From positions 385,517 to 409,516 of the forward strand of contig JAHBUW010000002.1 of the NCBI GenBank assembly GCA_019637875.1: 24,000 bases of DNA, given 5' to 3'. The position numbers were made by a program, and so were the translations under genes. Source of the DNA: Pseudobdellovibrionaceae bacterium (GTDB lineage Bacteria; Bdellovibrionota; Bdellovibrionia; Bdellovibrionales; Bdellovibrionaceae). Positions 1-7,586 of the stretch are shown one piece after another (the first letter of the stretch is position 1; each line of letters starts with the position of its first letter). The notes under the pieces were generated by a model, which was given only the letters and a program-made list of their open reading frames with translations, ran no database searches and was not told where the DNA came from.

Positions 1-3000
1 TAACGGGGTCCCCCTCAACGTATCCATAAAAATTCGTATCCCCGCCTGCCAGAAGAATGGGATCCATCGTGGTCCATGTCTCTGTCTTCGCGTCGTAGTT
101 TCGTACCCCAAACCGTGTGAAGCCCGTCTCCGGATCCCAAATCCCGCCTGCAAATCCGTATGGCTGGAAACAGCTGTTCGTATCCCGAACAATGCGACCT
201 CCAGCGATGTAGTCGATCCTTTGAGCGACCGCCCCGTTCAAGGTATTCACTACCAGACGAGGTGATCCTAAGTGATCAGTCAAAATGCGGAACTTCTGTC
301 CCTCCGTTATCATATAGGCGGGCGCGTTCGTTCCAAAGGCATGCACGTACGTTTTGGTGATGTGTCCATTTCCGTTGTATTCGGCAGCAATACGTCCTTC
401 ACTTTGATAAAGATATCCGCGCTGAAAACTTCCATTCATCTTCGTGACAGTTAGACGAGCAAATCCATCATCCTGATAAGTTTTTGTGACTCCTCCAGTT
501 TGGGCGGTGCGGAGACTAGACGTGACGTCATATTCATAGATGCTTGATCCACCGACTAACGGACTCATTGATACCCGATCACCTAACGGGTTGTATGTGT
601 AGAGGATACTACCCAAAGCGGTGATCCTGTCGCGTGAGTCATAGCTCGCTGTAAAAGTTGTGCCCCAATTCGAGCCGAACGCCCTGTTCCCGTTCGTGTC
701 AAATACTCGGCTGTTGACCGTAATCCCGTCCTTTTTCACTTCAACGAGTCGGCCGTTGTCATCATATGCATAGGCGTAAACAGCCGTCTCGCCCAGAATG
801 TTTTCGGTCAGCGTAACAATCCGACCGATTGAATCCCGACCAAGAATATAGGAATAAAGCAACGTCGGTGGCGCACTCCCAGCAGAGGAAAGATGAGCCG
901 AGTATCCCGACACACGTCCATAGGAATCAAAAATCGATTCGTCTTGAACGTTATCTATCTTACTACCGGTTATTCGACCAGAGCCATGGTCAGTTGTTAA
1001 CTCTAGGTCACCAACTTGTGTGACCCGCCCGCCTGCATTCCGCACGTAAGCGATTTGAGTTGAAATATTCGGGTCATTTCCGAAGATCCTGCGGACACTA
1101 ATGCGATGAAGATTATCGTACTCCCATTCAAGTTTCGCATATCGGAAGTCCGTATTCACATCTCTCAGCTCCTCAGAACGAATCATCTCTCCATAGTAAC
1201 TGAAGACGCTTTTTACTCCCTCACCGTTAAACGTATTCTCAAGTGACAACACCAAATCTGAGTTCATCATGTAGGTCGTGGTTATAGATTGGCTCCCACC
1301 ACTCATTTTCCACGGAAGACCTGAATTAAAATATGTATAGGAGACTTGGCTTCCTGTCGGAAGGTGAACGGAATTCAGTTGTCCGTCTGCATCGTAAACA
1401 ATATGGGTTGTATCGAATACACCTAGGCTTAGCGGAGCCCTATAGCTTTTCAAAGAACCCATTACGTCGTAACTAAACAAGTGCTTGAGCTTACCCGCAA
1501 CCTCAAAACTCGTAACACGTCCTTTCGGATCGTATTCGTAATTCGTCATTGTACCGTCAGCAGAGAGCACCGAAGTTGCGTTTCCGTTCGCATTGTACAG
1601 GAACTGTGTAACTTGGTTCAGCGAATTAGTAATTGACTCCACGAAACCTTGGTTATTGAAAGACAGGTTCTGCAACAGACCGTCGGCACCCTGGATCTGC
1701 GTCACCCTACCGTGCGCGTCGCGGCTCAAAGTCATCGGAACATCATTTCCGACCTGATATGCGGTCATCTCCTCATTTTCATTTAGGCTTTGCTTTCGAA
1801 TCCCGGAAACGGATGAATTTGTGGTTATCTCTCTTTGAATGCGATCCCAAGTCGAGATGACACTTTCTCCTCCGCGCGAAGAATTTGTCGTTAGCGTAGA
1901 GTATGAGAAAAAATCTGTATTTGACGTTGGGGAGGGCTGTACCTGCCTAACATGGTTTGTTACTGCCGTGGTAGAGCCATATGTCAGTTCGGATGTAGAT
2001 GGGCGACGCAATAAACTTCCGAAGCGAGGGTCATATACTGTACTGGTCCTCTCGGAACGAAATACGCTATTAAACTCCGTACTCCCATCCTGATCTTCCT
2101 CATAGCTTGACTGTTCTCCTGTTGGTAAACTCATATGACGCGCATAAGTCGTTCCGTCGTTGGAGAAATTTTGGATTGTCGTCCGTCCCATGCCGGTTTT
2201 AAAACTTACGGACTTTACGGTCCCGGATAGGCTGCTTGTGATCTGCCAAGACTTTCCTCCAACATGATTCTCTGCAGTTAGCTCCCCGTTTTCGTTGTAG
2301 CTATACTCTGCAGTCGCCGAGTCCTTGTGTACGATCTTCGTGACTAAATCATCAGCTCCATATTGGAACTGAACGCGGTGGCCCAATGGATCGATCAGCT
2401 CTGATATCCTACCCTCGGGGTCCCTCATCAAATTGTTCACTTGACCAAACGGAGAGGAAACTGACTGAAGACGCCCTTGATTGTCTCGACCCATTTGGAA
2501 GTTGTTACCGTAATGATCTTGAACGACGGAGAGATGACCTGCCACATAGTAAAACGTAAACCTTGTCGTTCCCAAGAGAGCATTAAGTGTTCTAAGGTGC
2601 CTTCCTGAATTCGAAAACACAAAAACTTCTTCTCCCGATCCTCCAACGACATATCTCTCATTTAAACCAACGACTGAGTTTTTCGCGAAATGAGTTCTTC
2701 CATTTCCAAGATAGATCTTCTCATTTACTGCATCGTAAAAATGATGGACAGCAAAGGTAAAACCTCGATCCACGAAATCCGTCTGCACCGATATCTGGTT
2801 ATTCGCCCCATAGCCCGCCGCAAAGTCTGAGCTATAGACCAAATCAAAAGGCACTCCTACTAGTTCGAATCTTTCACTGAAACTAAGATTCTCCGCTTTG
2901 ATTTCCGAGCCCGGCATCAAGCACTGTTGATTCGGACTCAACGTGGGCGTAGGCGTGGGCGTAGGCGTAGGCGTAGGCGTGGGCGTAGGCGTAGGCGTAG

Positions 3001-3490
3001 GCGTGGGCGTGGGCGTAGGCGTAGGCGTAGGCGTGGGCGTGGGCGTAGGCGTGGGCGTGGGCGTAGGTGTAACCCAACTGTTGCATTCGGGTGTCTCGTT
3101 CGCCCAATAACAAGGATTAACACTATCGTTCATTATCAGACGAATGTCGTAGTACTCGACACCTGTAGGTAAAGAGCATTCGATCTCAACATCATAATGA
3201 GGAAAATCGGGAGTAAATTCACCCTTTACCCACATTTCATCTCGCACACGCCATGCCACCACTCTGCTATCCGATGTCGCGCATCGATACTGAAAAACCA
3301 TGTAGGAAAAACCTTGAAATACCGTAAATTCGTTTTGCTCACGATAGACATTAATCGTATTCGAGTCCACCGGGCGTAAAATTGCGTTGATGTTTACATC
3401 AGGACTGAACCAGGGAGCGATTCCATCACCTGCAATTGCACCAATCGGAACAAGCACAAGAACCAAAAACCGATTTAGTAGCGTCGTCAC
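1..3490 (-). CDS. RHS/YD-repeat polymorphic-toxin family protein; N-terminal 1163 codons, 3' end continues beyond position 1
   Basis: Absent from the ORF track because there is no stop inside the window. Hand translation of the minus strand from GTG (3490..3488, GAGGGGG Shine-Dalgarno 5 nt upstream) stays open down to position 2. None of the listed minus-strand ORFs in 1..3490 use this frame. The N-terminus is signal-peptide-like (TTLLNRFLVLVLVPIGAIA/GD). A ~115-aa Cys-containing domain and a (TP)21 linker follow, then many YD-type repeats (DPEGRISELIDPLGHRVQFQY, YEYDPKGRVTSF, YAYDDNGRLVEV). The RHS-core signature TDHLGSPRLV...WDPETGFTRFGVRNYDAKTETWTTMDPILLAGGDTNFYGYVEGDPV sits at 2..282. Confidence 0.9.
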   Translation of the reverse strand, partial: MTTLLNRFLVLVLVPIGAIAGDGIAPWFSPDVNINAILRPVDSNTINVYREQNEFTVFQGFSYMVFQYRCATSDSRVVAWRVRDEMWVKGEFTPDFPHYDVEIECSLPTGVEYYDIRLIMNDSVNPCYWANETPECNSWVTPTPTPTPTPTPTPTPTPTPTPTPTPTPTPTPTPTPTPTPTPTLSPNQQCLMPGSEIKAENLSFSERFELVGVPFDLVYSSDFAAGYGANNQISVQTDFVDRGFTFAVHHFYDAVNEKIYLGNGRTHFAKNSVVGLNERYVVGGSGEEVFVFSNSGRHLRTLNALLGTTRFTFYYVAGHLSVVQDHYGNNFQMGRDNQGRLQSVSSPFGQVNNLMRDPEGRISELIDPLGHRVQFQYGADDLVTKIVHKDSATAEYSYNENGELTAENHVGGKSWQITSSLSGTVKSVSFKTGMGRTTIQNFSNDGTTYARHMSLPTGEQSSYEEDQDGSTEFNSVFRSERTSTVYDPRFGSLLRRPSTSELTYGSTTAVTNHVRQVQPSPTSNTDFFSYSTLTTNSSRGGESVISTWDRIQREITTNSSVSGIRKQSLNENEEMTAYQVGNDVPMTLSRDAHGRVTQIQGADGLLQNLSFNNQGFVESITNSLNQVTQFLYNANGNATSVLSADGTMTNYEYDPKGRVTSFEVAGKLKHLFSYDVMGSLKSYRAPLSLGVFDTTHIVYDADGQLNSVHLPTGSQVSYTYFNSGLPWKMSGGSQSITTTYMMNSDLVLSLENTFNGEGVKSVFSYYGEMIRSEELRDVNTDFRYAKLEWEYDNLHRISVRRIFGNDPNISTQIAYVRNAGGRVTQVGDLELTTDHGSGRITGSKIDNVQDESIFDSYGRVSGYSAHLSSAGSAPPTLLYSYILGRDSIGRIVTLTENILGETAVYAYAYDDNGRLVEVKKDGITVNSRVFDTNGNRAFGSNWGTTFTASYDSRDRITALGSILYTYNPLGDRVSMSPLVGGSSIYEYDVTSSLRTAQTGGVTKTYQDDGFARLTVTKMNGSFQRGYLYQSEGRIAAEYNGNGHITKTYVHAFGTNAPAYMITEGQKFRILTDHLGSPRLVVNTLNGAVAQRIDYIAGGRIVRDTNSCFQPYGFAGGIWDPETGFTRFGVRNYDAKTETWTTMDPILLAGGDTNFYGYVEGDPV
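2945..3070 (-). repeat. In-frame hexanucleotide tandem repeat (ACG CCY)x21 encoding a (Thr-Pro)21 linker inside the RHS gene
   Basis: The plus strand reads GGCGT(A/G) repeated 21 times without interruption. Three track ORFs (2883..3113, 2938..3123, 2927..3172) are its other reading frames (AHAY..., RPRL..., RRRG...). The CCC/CCT pattern shows higher-order blocks, with a 30-nt block occurring twice in tandem. Confidence 0.95.
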
Positions 3491-3877
3491 TCAAACCCCC
3501 TCATTACTTCAGCTCAAAGAACATTAGAAAGAATCTAGCTCTCAAAATTCTGACAACCTTTGGATGAAAATCATTACGCTCTTGAATTCACACAATTTGC
3601 CGTCTTGATATGCGATCTTCGATCGAATCCAACAACATCCAAATCGACCAATCTTCAGAATTAAAATTAGGAACAATAGAGATTCAAATGGCAAACTTTT
3701 TTCCATTCTATGTTTTCTCAGTTAGTAATTCTTAATCAGATCACCGTGAAATTAGCATTTTTTAAGTTCGTATTATCTTAAATAGGTCGAACGAAAAATA
3801 GTTGGAAAGTTCTGGACGACCGAAAAACTATCCCGAAAGATTTATTCTCGTATCGAAAACAAAAATGGAGGCGCATC
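3491..3877. promoter_or_regulatory. AT-rich divergent intergenic region between the RHS gene and the fibre gene (presumed bidirectional promoter region)
   Basis: This is 387 bp with no ORF, visibly the most AT-rich stretch of the window, flanked by two divergent starts that each have a good SD (GAGGGGG for the RHS gene, GGAGG 3866..3870 for the fibre gene). I could not assign specific -35/-10 boxes with confidence. Confidence 0.35.
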
Positions 3878-5059
3878 TTGTTCCGCAAAATTAAACTACA
3901 GCTGACTTCGACAATAGTTTTCGCTTTGGTCGGTGTTCTCACTCACTCAAACTCCGCTTTTGCACAATGTGCGAATCTGTTATGTGCGACACATGACATC
4001 TATTTACCTACTAACATTATCAATAGCAGCGCGCTCCCTTCTCTTACGGTCATTGGTGGAAATGTAGGGATCGGCACAAATACACCGACTGCAATTCTCG
4101 ACATCCAAGCAACCGGTGCAAACTCGGCCATCATCGTTCCGCGAGACTCCACCCTGAACCGACCTGTTGGCGAAGCGGGTATGATCCGCTACAACACCGA
4201 TCTGAGCCAATTCGAAGGATTCACCAGCAGCGGCTGGGGAGCCATTGGCGGTAGTGCGGGAGGAGGATCCTCCCAATGGGCTGATACCGTATCAGGAATC
4301 TCCTACGGCTCCGGAAATGTCGGGATTGGTACAGCATCACCGGAAGGAGCCCTAGACGTGCGCGGCTCCCTGATCGTCGGAGTGCCGAATACTCAGATCA
4401 GCAATCCATATGCTGTCGTCGTCGCTAAAGCGAGCAATAACCCGCACATCATCCTCGAGCAAGCAGGCGTAAATACCGGAGGTCTCGCCCTCACCGCCGA
4501 CGACCTCGTTTTCGGCAGCGAGCTTGGAGGGTTCATCTTCCGCACGGGAGTGGACTATAACGGAAACTTCACCGCGACCGGAAACGAGGTCATGCGTATC
4601 AGCACTTCCGGCAATGTGGGAATCGGTACTAATTCACCGTCACAGAAACTGCACCTCGTCGGTAATCTGCGCGTACAAGGCAGCACCGACTGCACCTTAG
4701 GAAATGGGTCCGGCGGAACCAGTTGCTCCTCAGATCTGCGACTTAAAGAAAAAGTCACCCCCATACAGGGAGCTCTAAAGAAAATCAGCACACTGAACGG
4801 CGTCTCCTTTCAGTGGAACGATTTGTCCCTAAGCCCCGGGCGGCGGGATATCGGTGTTATCGCGCAAGATGTAGAGCAGGTATTTCCCTCGGCCGTTTCT
4901 ACGGATGAGGGCGAACCCTATTACAAGCGCGTTGACTATGCTGTGTTGATCGCTCCGATGATCGAAGCCATCAAGGAACTCAAATCGCAAAACGAAGTGC
5001 AGAGCCTCCTCATTCAGAAGCTTCAAGCGCGCGTCTCGCAACTCGAAACCCAACGCTAA
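3878..5059 (+). CDS. Secreted tail-fibre-like protein with GNVGIGT repeats and a C-terminal peptidase-S74 intramolecular-chaperone (autoprocessing) domain
   Basis: TTG start with GGAGG SD 6 nt upstream. Signal peptide ends ...HSNSAFA/QC. There are three copies of G-N-V-G-I-G-T-x-x-P-x-x-x-L (starting near 4063, 4312 and 4606). The C-terminal ~110 aa begins with the S-D-x-R-x-K autocleavage motif (SSDLRLKE at 4727..4750) followed by ...GVSFQWN...IGVIAQDVEQVFP...VDYAVLIAPMIEAIKEL..., the pattern of phage endosialidase/tail-spike chaperone domains. Confidence 0.85.
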   Translation: MFRKIKLQLTSTIVFALVGVLTHSNSAFAQCANLLCATHDIYLPTNIINSSALPSLTVIGGNVGIGTNTPTAILDIQATGANSAIIVPRDSTLNRPVGEAGMIRYNTDLSQFEGFTSSGWGAIGGSAGGGSSQWADTVSGISYGSGNVGIGTASPEGALDVRGSLIVGVPNTQISNPYAVVVAKASNNPHIILEQAGVNTGGLALTADDLVFGSELGGFIFRTGVDYNGNFTATGNEVMRISTSGNVGIGTNSPSQKLHLVGNLRVQGSTDCTLGNGSGGTSCSSDLRLKEKVTPIQGALKKISTLNGVSFQWNDLSLSPGRRDIGVIAQDVEQVFPSAVSTDEGEPYYKRVDYAVLIAPMIEAIKELKSQNEVQSLLIQKLQARVSQLETQR

Positions 5060-5087
5060 TCTCCAGACTTCAAAAACCTGATTCACA

Positions 5088-5118
5088 GAAAAAGGGAGAG
5101 TCTCGCTCTCCCTTTTTC
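5088..5118 (+). terminator. Rho-independent terminator after the fibre gene
   Basis: GAAAAAGGGAGAG-tctcg-CTCTCCCTTTTTC is a perfect 13-bp inverted repeat with a GC-rich core and a T-run, 29 nt after the stop codon. Confidence 0.7.
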
Positions 5119-5245
5119 ATTTCGAGACACGTCACGTGCGAAGCTCGCCCCCTGTTGAGACTGTCGAAGAATTGTGGGGTTGGCGGTTCCTTGGACAGTC
5201 TATACTGGCGGAACATCGTCCAACCGCCTGCGTAGGGGTTTCGTT

Positions 5246-7579
5246 TTGAAACGTTCCGTGATTTACAAGCTGGTTTCGGTTTTCGCGCTGATTAGCGTGA
5301 GCCTCAGCTTTCAAAACTGCGGTCGCTTCACCGAGCCCGGATCGTTTTCGGCGTCGATGCCTTCGAACGCGAACCTCATCGAACAAGTCGCTCAAGGTAA
5401 AGCGCTTTACGCGAATCACTGCGCCTCTTGCCATGGTGAAGTCGATACGTCCGGCAAACGGGATCGCACGCTCACGCAGATCCAATCCGCGACCGCCACC
5501 GTTCCGCAGATGATGTTTCTGACCCAGAGCCTGACCGGCGCCGATATTAAGCTCATCGCCCTGGCGTTGGGTCACAAACCGGGCGACGGGATCGCGAATC
5601 CCTATCTGTGCGACGCGAACACCGATCCGCGTCCCTCGGATCTGCGTCGTCTGAGCCGCCGCGAGTATCTGGCGACGCTGAATCTACTGACCGGCGGCTT
5701 CGTGACCCTCGACAATGCGAGCTTCGAGATCGACGCCCTGCCTTCGGACGCCGTGACCGAGATTTTCGACGTTCAGGATTCTTCCGTTTCGGCGGCACAC
5801 GCCACGGCCTTCTTCCGCGTCGCCGATAAAGTCGGCCAGATCTTTTCGACCTCCAGCACTTGGGTCAACAACCACGCCTGCTCGGGGACGGGCATGAATG
5901 ACGCCTGCTGGTCGAACTTCATGCGTCGCTTCGGCAAAGTCGCTTTCCGCCGCGCCCTGAACGCCGAAGAGCTCACTGCCTACCGCGCGATTTACAATAC
6001 CGAAGCCTCGGGCGGTAAAGCCGCGGGGATTCACGCGGTGGTCTCGACCATGCTTCAGTCCCCGCACTTCCTTTACAAAATCGAACTCGCGGGCTCGGCC
6101 GTGAACGGCCGCGAGGATCTTTTGTCGCTCACACCCTATGAACTCGCCAGCCGCCTGGCTTTCACGGCGACGGGCCGCGGTCCGGACCTCGCCTTGATCG
6201 AAAAGGCCGAGGCCGGTCAGCTCGCCAACGCCACCCAGTACGCCGAGATCGCGCAAGGGCTTTTCACCAGCGCTTCGGGCCGCAATCAGGTCCGCGAATT
6301 CTATACGCAGTGGCTGGGCGTCAACCGCTTGCCGGTGTCCAACCACTCGGATTGGTTCTTGAACGGCGTCGCGCCGAACGAACTCCGTTCCGAAGCCGCG
6401 CAAGAGATCCAAGACTTCACCTCGTATTACACTTACGACGTTCCCGGAACTTACTTCGACCTGATGACGTCGGACCGCAACTTCGTGAAAGGAAACGCGC
6501 TCGCGCAAGTTTACGGAGTCGCCGGCCCGGGCGGCTCAGGCCTGAGCGTCCAGATCGAGGCCGAGGCCATGACGCCCTCGACGGGTGGCGGAACCGGCGA
6601 CGGCTGGAACTTGTGGTCGGACGGAACACTCACCAAAACCGCGAACCTACGCGCGGGTCGCACTTTCCGCGTGAACGCGCGGATGCGGGCGGACCTCGCC
6701 GGCGGCGTGGGCGCGAACTTCCGACTGCTCTTCGGAAGCCAAGTCATCGGAACCGGAACCGTCACCTCGCCCACGGATTACGCGGATCACATCTTCACCT
6801 TCACCGCGAATCGCGAGAACGCGGTCGTTTCCATCGCCTTCACGAACAATGCGGAAGTGAACGGGATGGACCGCAACCTCTACGTGGATTTCATCCGCTT
6901 CGACGAACAGCTCGGCCCCGGTGAGGATCGCTCGAAGTTCCCCTTGGGCCAACGCCCGGGCGTCATGAGCCGGGTGGGCTTCATGATGGGCGCGACGAAC
7001 CAATCGAGCCTCGTTCACCGCGGCTTGATCCTGCGCAGGAACATCCTTTGCGACGTCATCGGGCATCCGCAGATGACCGCCGAGACCGCGGAGCTCTTCA
7101 AACCGCCGACCCCGGATCCGACGCAAAGTTTACGGAATCAAATTGAGTCGCGCACGAACTCGGCCAGCTGCGTGGGCTGCCACTCGAAGATCAACCCGGC
7201 GGGTTTCGTCCTGGAAAACTACGACAGCCTGGGCCGCTACCAGAGCGTCGAAAAGGTTTACGATTCAAACGGAAATCTGCTCGCCCAGCACCCCGTGGAC
7301 GCCTCGGCGGACCCGAACGTCGATTCGCAACAGGATCCGCGGGTCACGGGATTGCTCGCGATGACCGATACCATAAGCAGAAGCACGCGTGGCCCGAGCT
7401 GCCTGGTGCAGCAGTGGTCGACGTACACGAAAGGACGCAAACCGAGCGCGCAGGACAACTGCGAGCTTAACCGGTCGCTCTCGCAGCTTCAGACTTCGGG
7501 GGGCGGTCTGCTCTCGATGATGAAGGCGACCGTGATGGATTCGAACTTCCGCCTGCGCTTGCGCGGGCCGGTTCAGTGA
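5246..7579 (+). CDS. DUF1592/DUF1588-family lipoprotein with an N-terminal cytochrome-c-like CxxCH motif and an internal CBM-like beta-sandwich insert
   Basis: The track ORF is 5174..7579. I prefer the in-frame TTG at 5246 (AGGGG SD 7 nt upstream), which gives MKRSVIYKLVSVFALISVSLSFQNC, a lipoprotein-type signal. CASCH is at 5420..5434 and a second CVGCH at 7169..7183 (SASCVGCHSKINPAGFVLENYDSLGRY). The overall layout matches the PSCyt/DUF1587/DUF1592/DUF1595/DUF1588/DUF1585 architecture known from Planctomycetes, Myxococcota and Bdellovibrio. This family assignment is from memory, not from a search. Confidence 0.8.
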   Translation: MKRSVIYKLVSVFALISVSLSFQNCGRFTEPGSFSASMPSNANLIEQVAQGKALYANHCASCHGEVDTSGKRDRTLTQIQSATATVPQMMFLTQSLTGADIKLIALALGHKPGDGIANPYLCDANTDPRPSDLRRLSRREYLATLNLLTGGFVTLDNASFEIDALPSDAVTEIFDVQDSSVSAAHATAFFRVADKVGQIFSTSSTWVNNHACSGTGMNDACWSNFMRRFGKVAFRRALNAEELTAYRAIYNTEASGGKAAGIHAVVSTMLQSPHFLYKIELAGSAVNGREDLLSLTPYELASRLAFTATGRGPDLALIEKAEAGQLANATQYAEIAQGLFTSASGRNQVREFYTQWLGVNRLPVSNHSDWFLNGVAPNELRSEAAQEIQDFTSYYTYDVPGTYFDLMTSDRNFVKGNALAQVYGVAGPGGSGLSVQIEAEAMTPSTGGGTGDGWNLWSDGTLTKTANLRAGRTFRVNARMRADLAGGVGANFRLLFGSQVIGTGTVTSPTDYADHIFTFTANRENAVVSIAFTNNAEVNGMDRNLYVDFIRFDEQLGPGEDRSKFPLGQRPGVMSRVGFMMGATNQSSLVHRGLILRRNILCDVIGHPQMTAETAELFKPPTPDPTQSLRNQIESRTNSASCVGCHSKINPAGFVLENYDSLGRYQSVEKVYDSNGNLLAQHPVDASADPNVDSQQDPRVTGLLAMTDTISRSTRGPSCLVQQWSTYTKGRKPSAQDNCELNRSLSQLQTSGGGLLSMMKATVMDSNFRLRLRGPVQ

Positions 7580-7586
7580 GGTGGGC

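Noticed and set aside
2883-3172. ORFs 2883..3113 (AHAYAH...), 2938..3123 (RPRLRP...) and 2927..3172 (RRRGRR...), which look like exotic repeat proteins
   Set aside because: They are just the alternative frames and the opposite strand of the (ACG CCY)21 repeat. The repeat's true reading frame is the TP linker of the long RHS ORF. I also considered a CRISPR array, but a 6-nt unit with no spacers rules that out.
3491-3877. Possible small RNA or tRNA in the long AT-rich spacer
   Set aside because: I could not find a cloverleaf, a stable stem-loop with a terminator, or a conserved motif. I treat it only as a promoter-containing spacer.
5684-7126. Minus-strand ORFs 5684..6508 (274 aa) and 6647..7126 (159 aa), plus plus-strand out-of-frame ORF 6310..6924 (204 aa)
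   Set aside because: They overlap the DUF1592-family CDS in other frames and are Arg-rich low-complexity sequence. The 801-aa frame carries all recognisable motifs.
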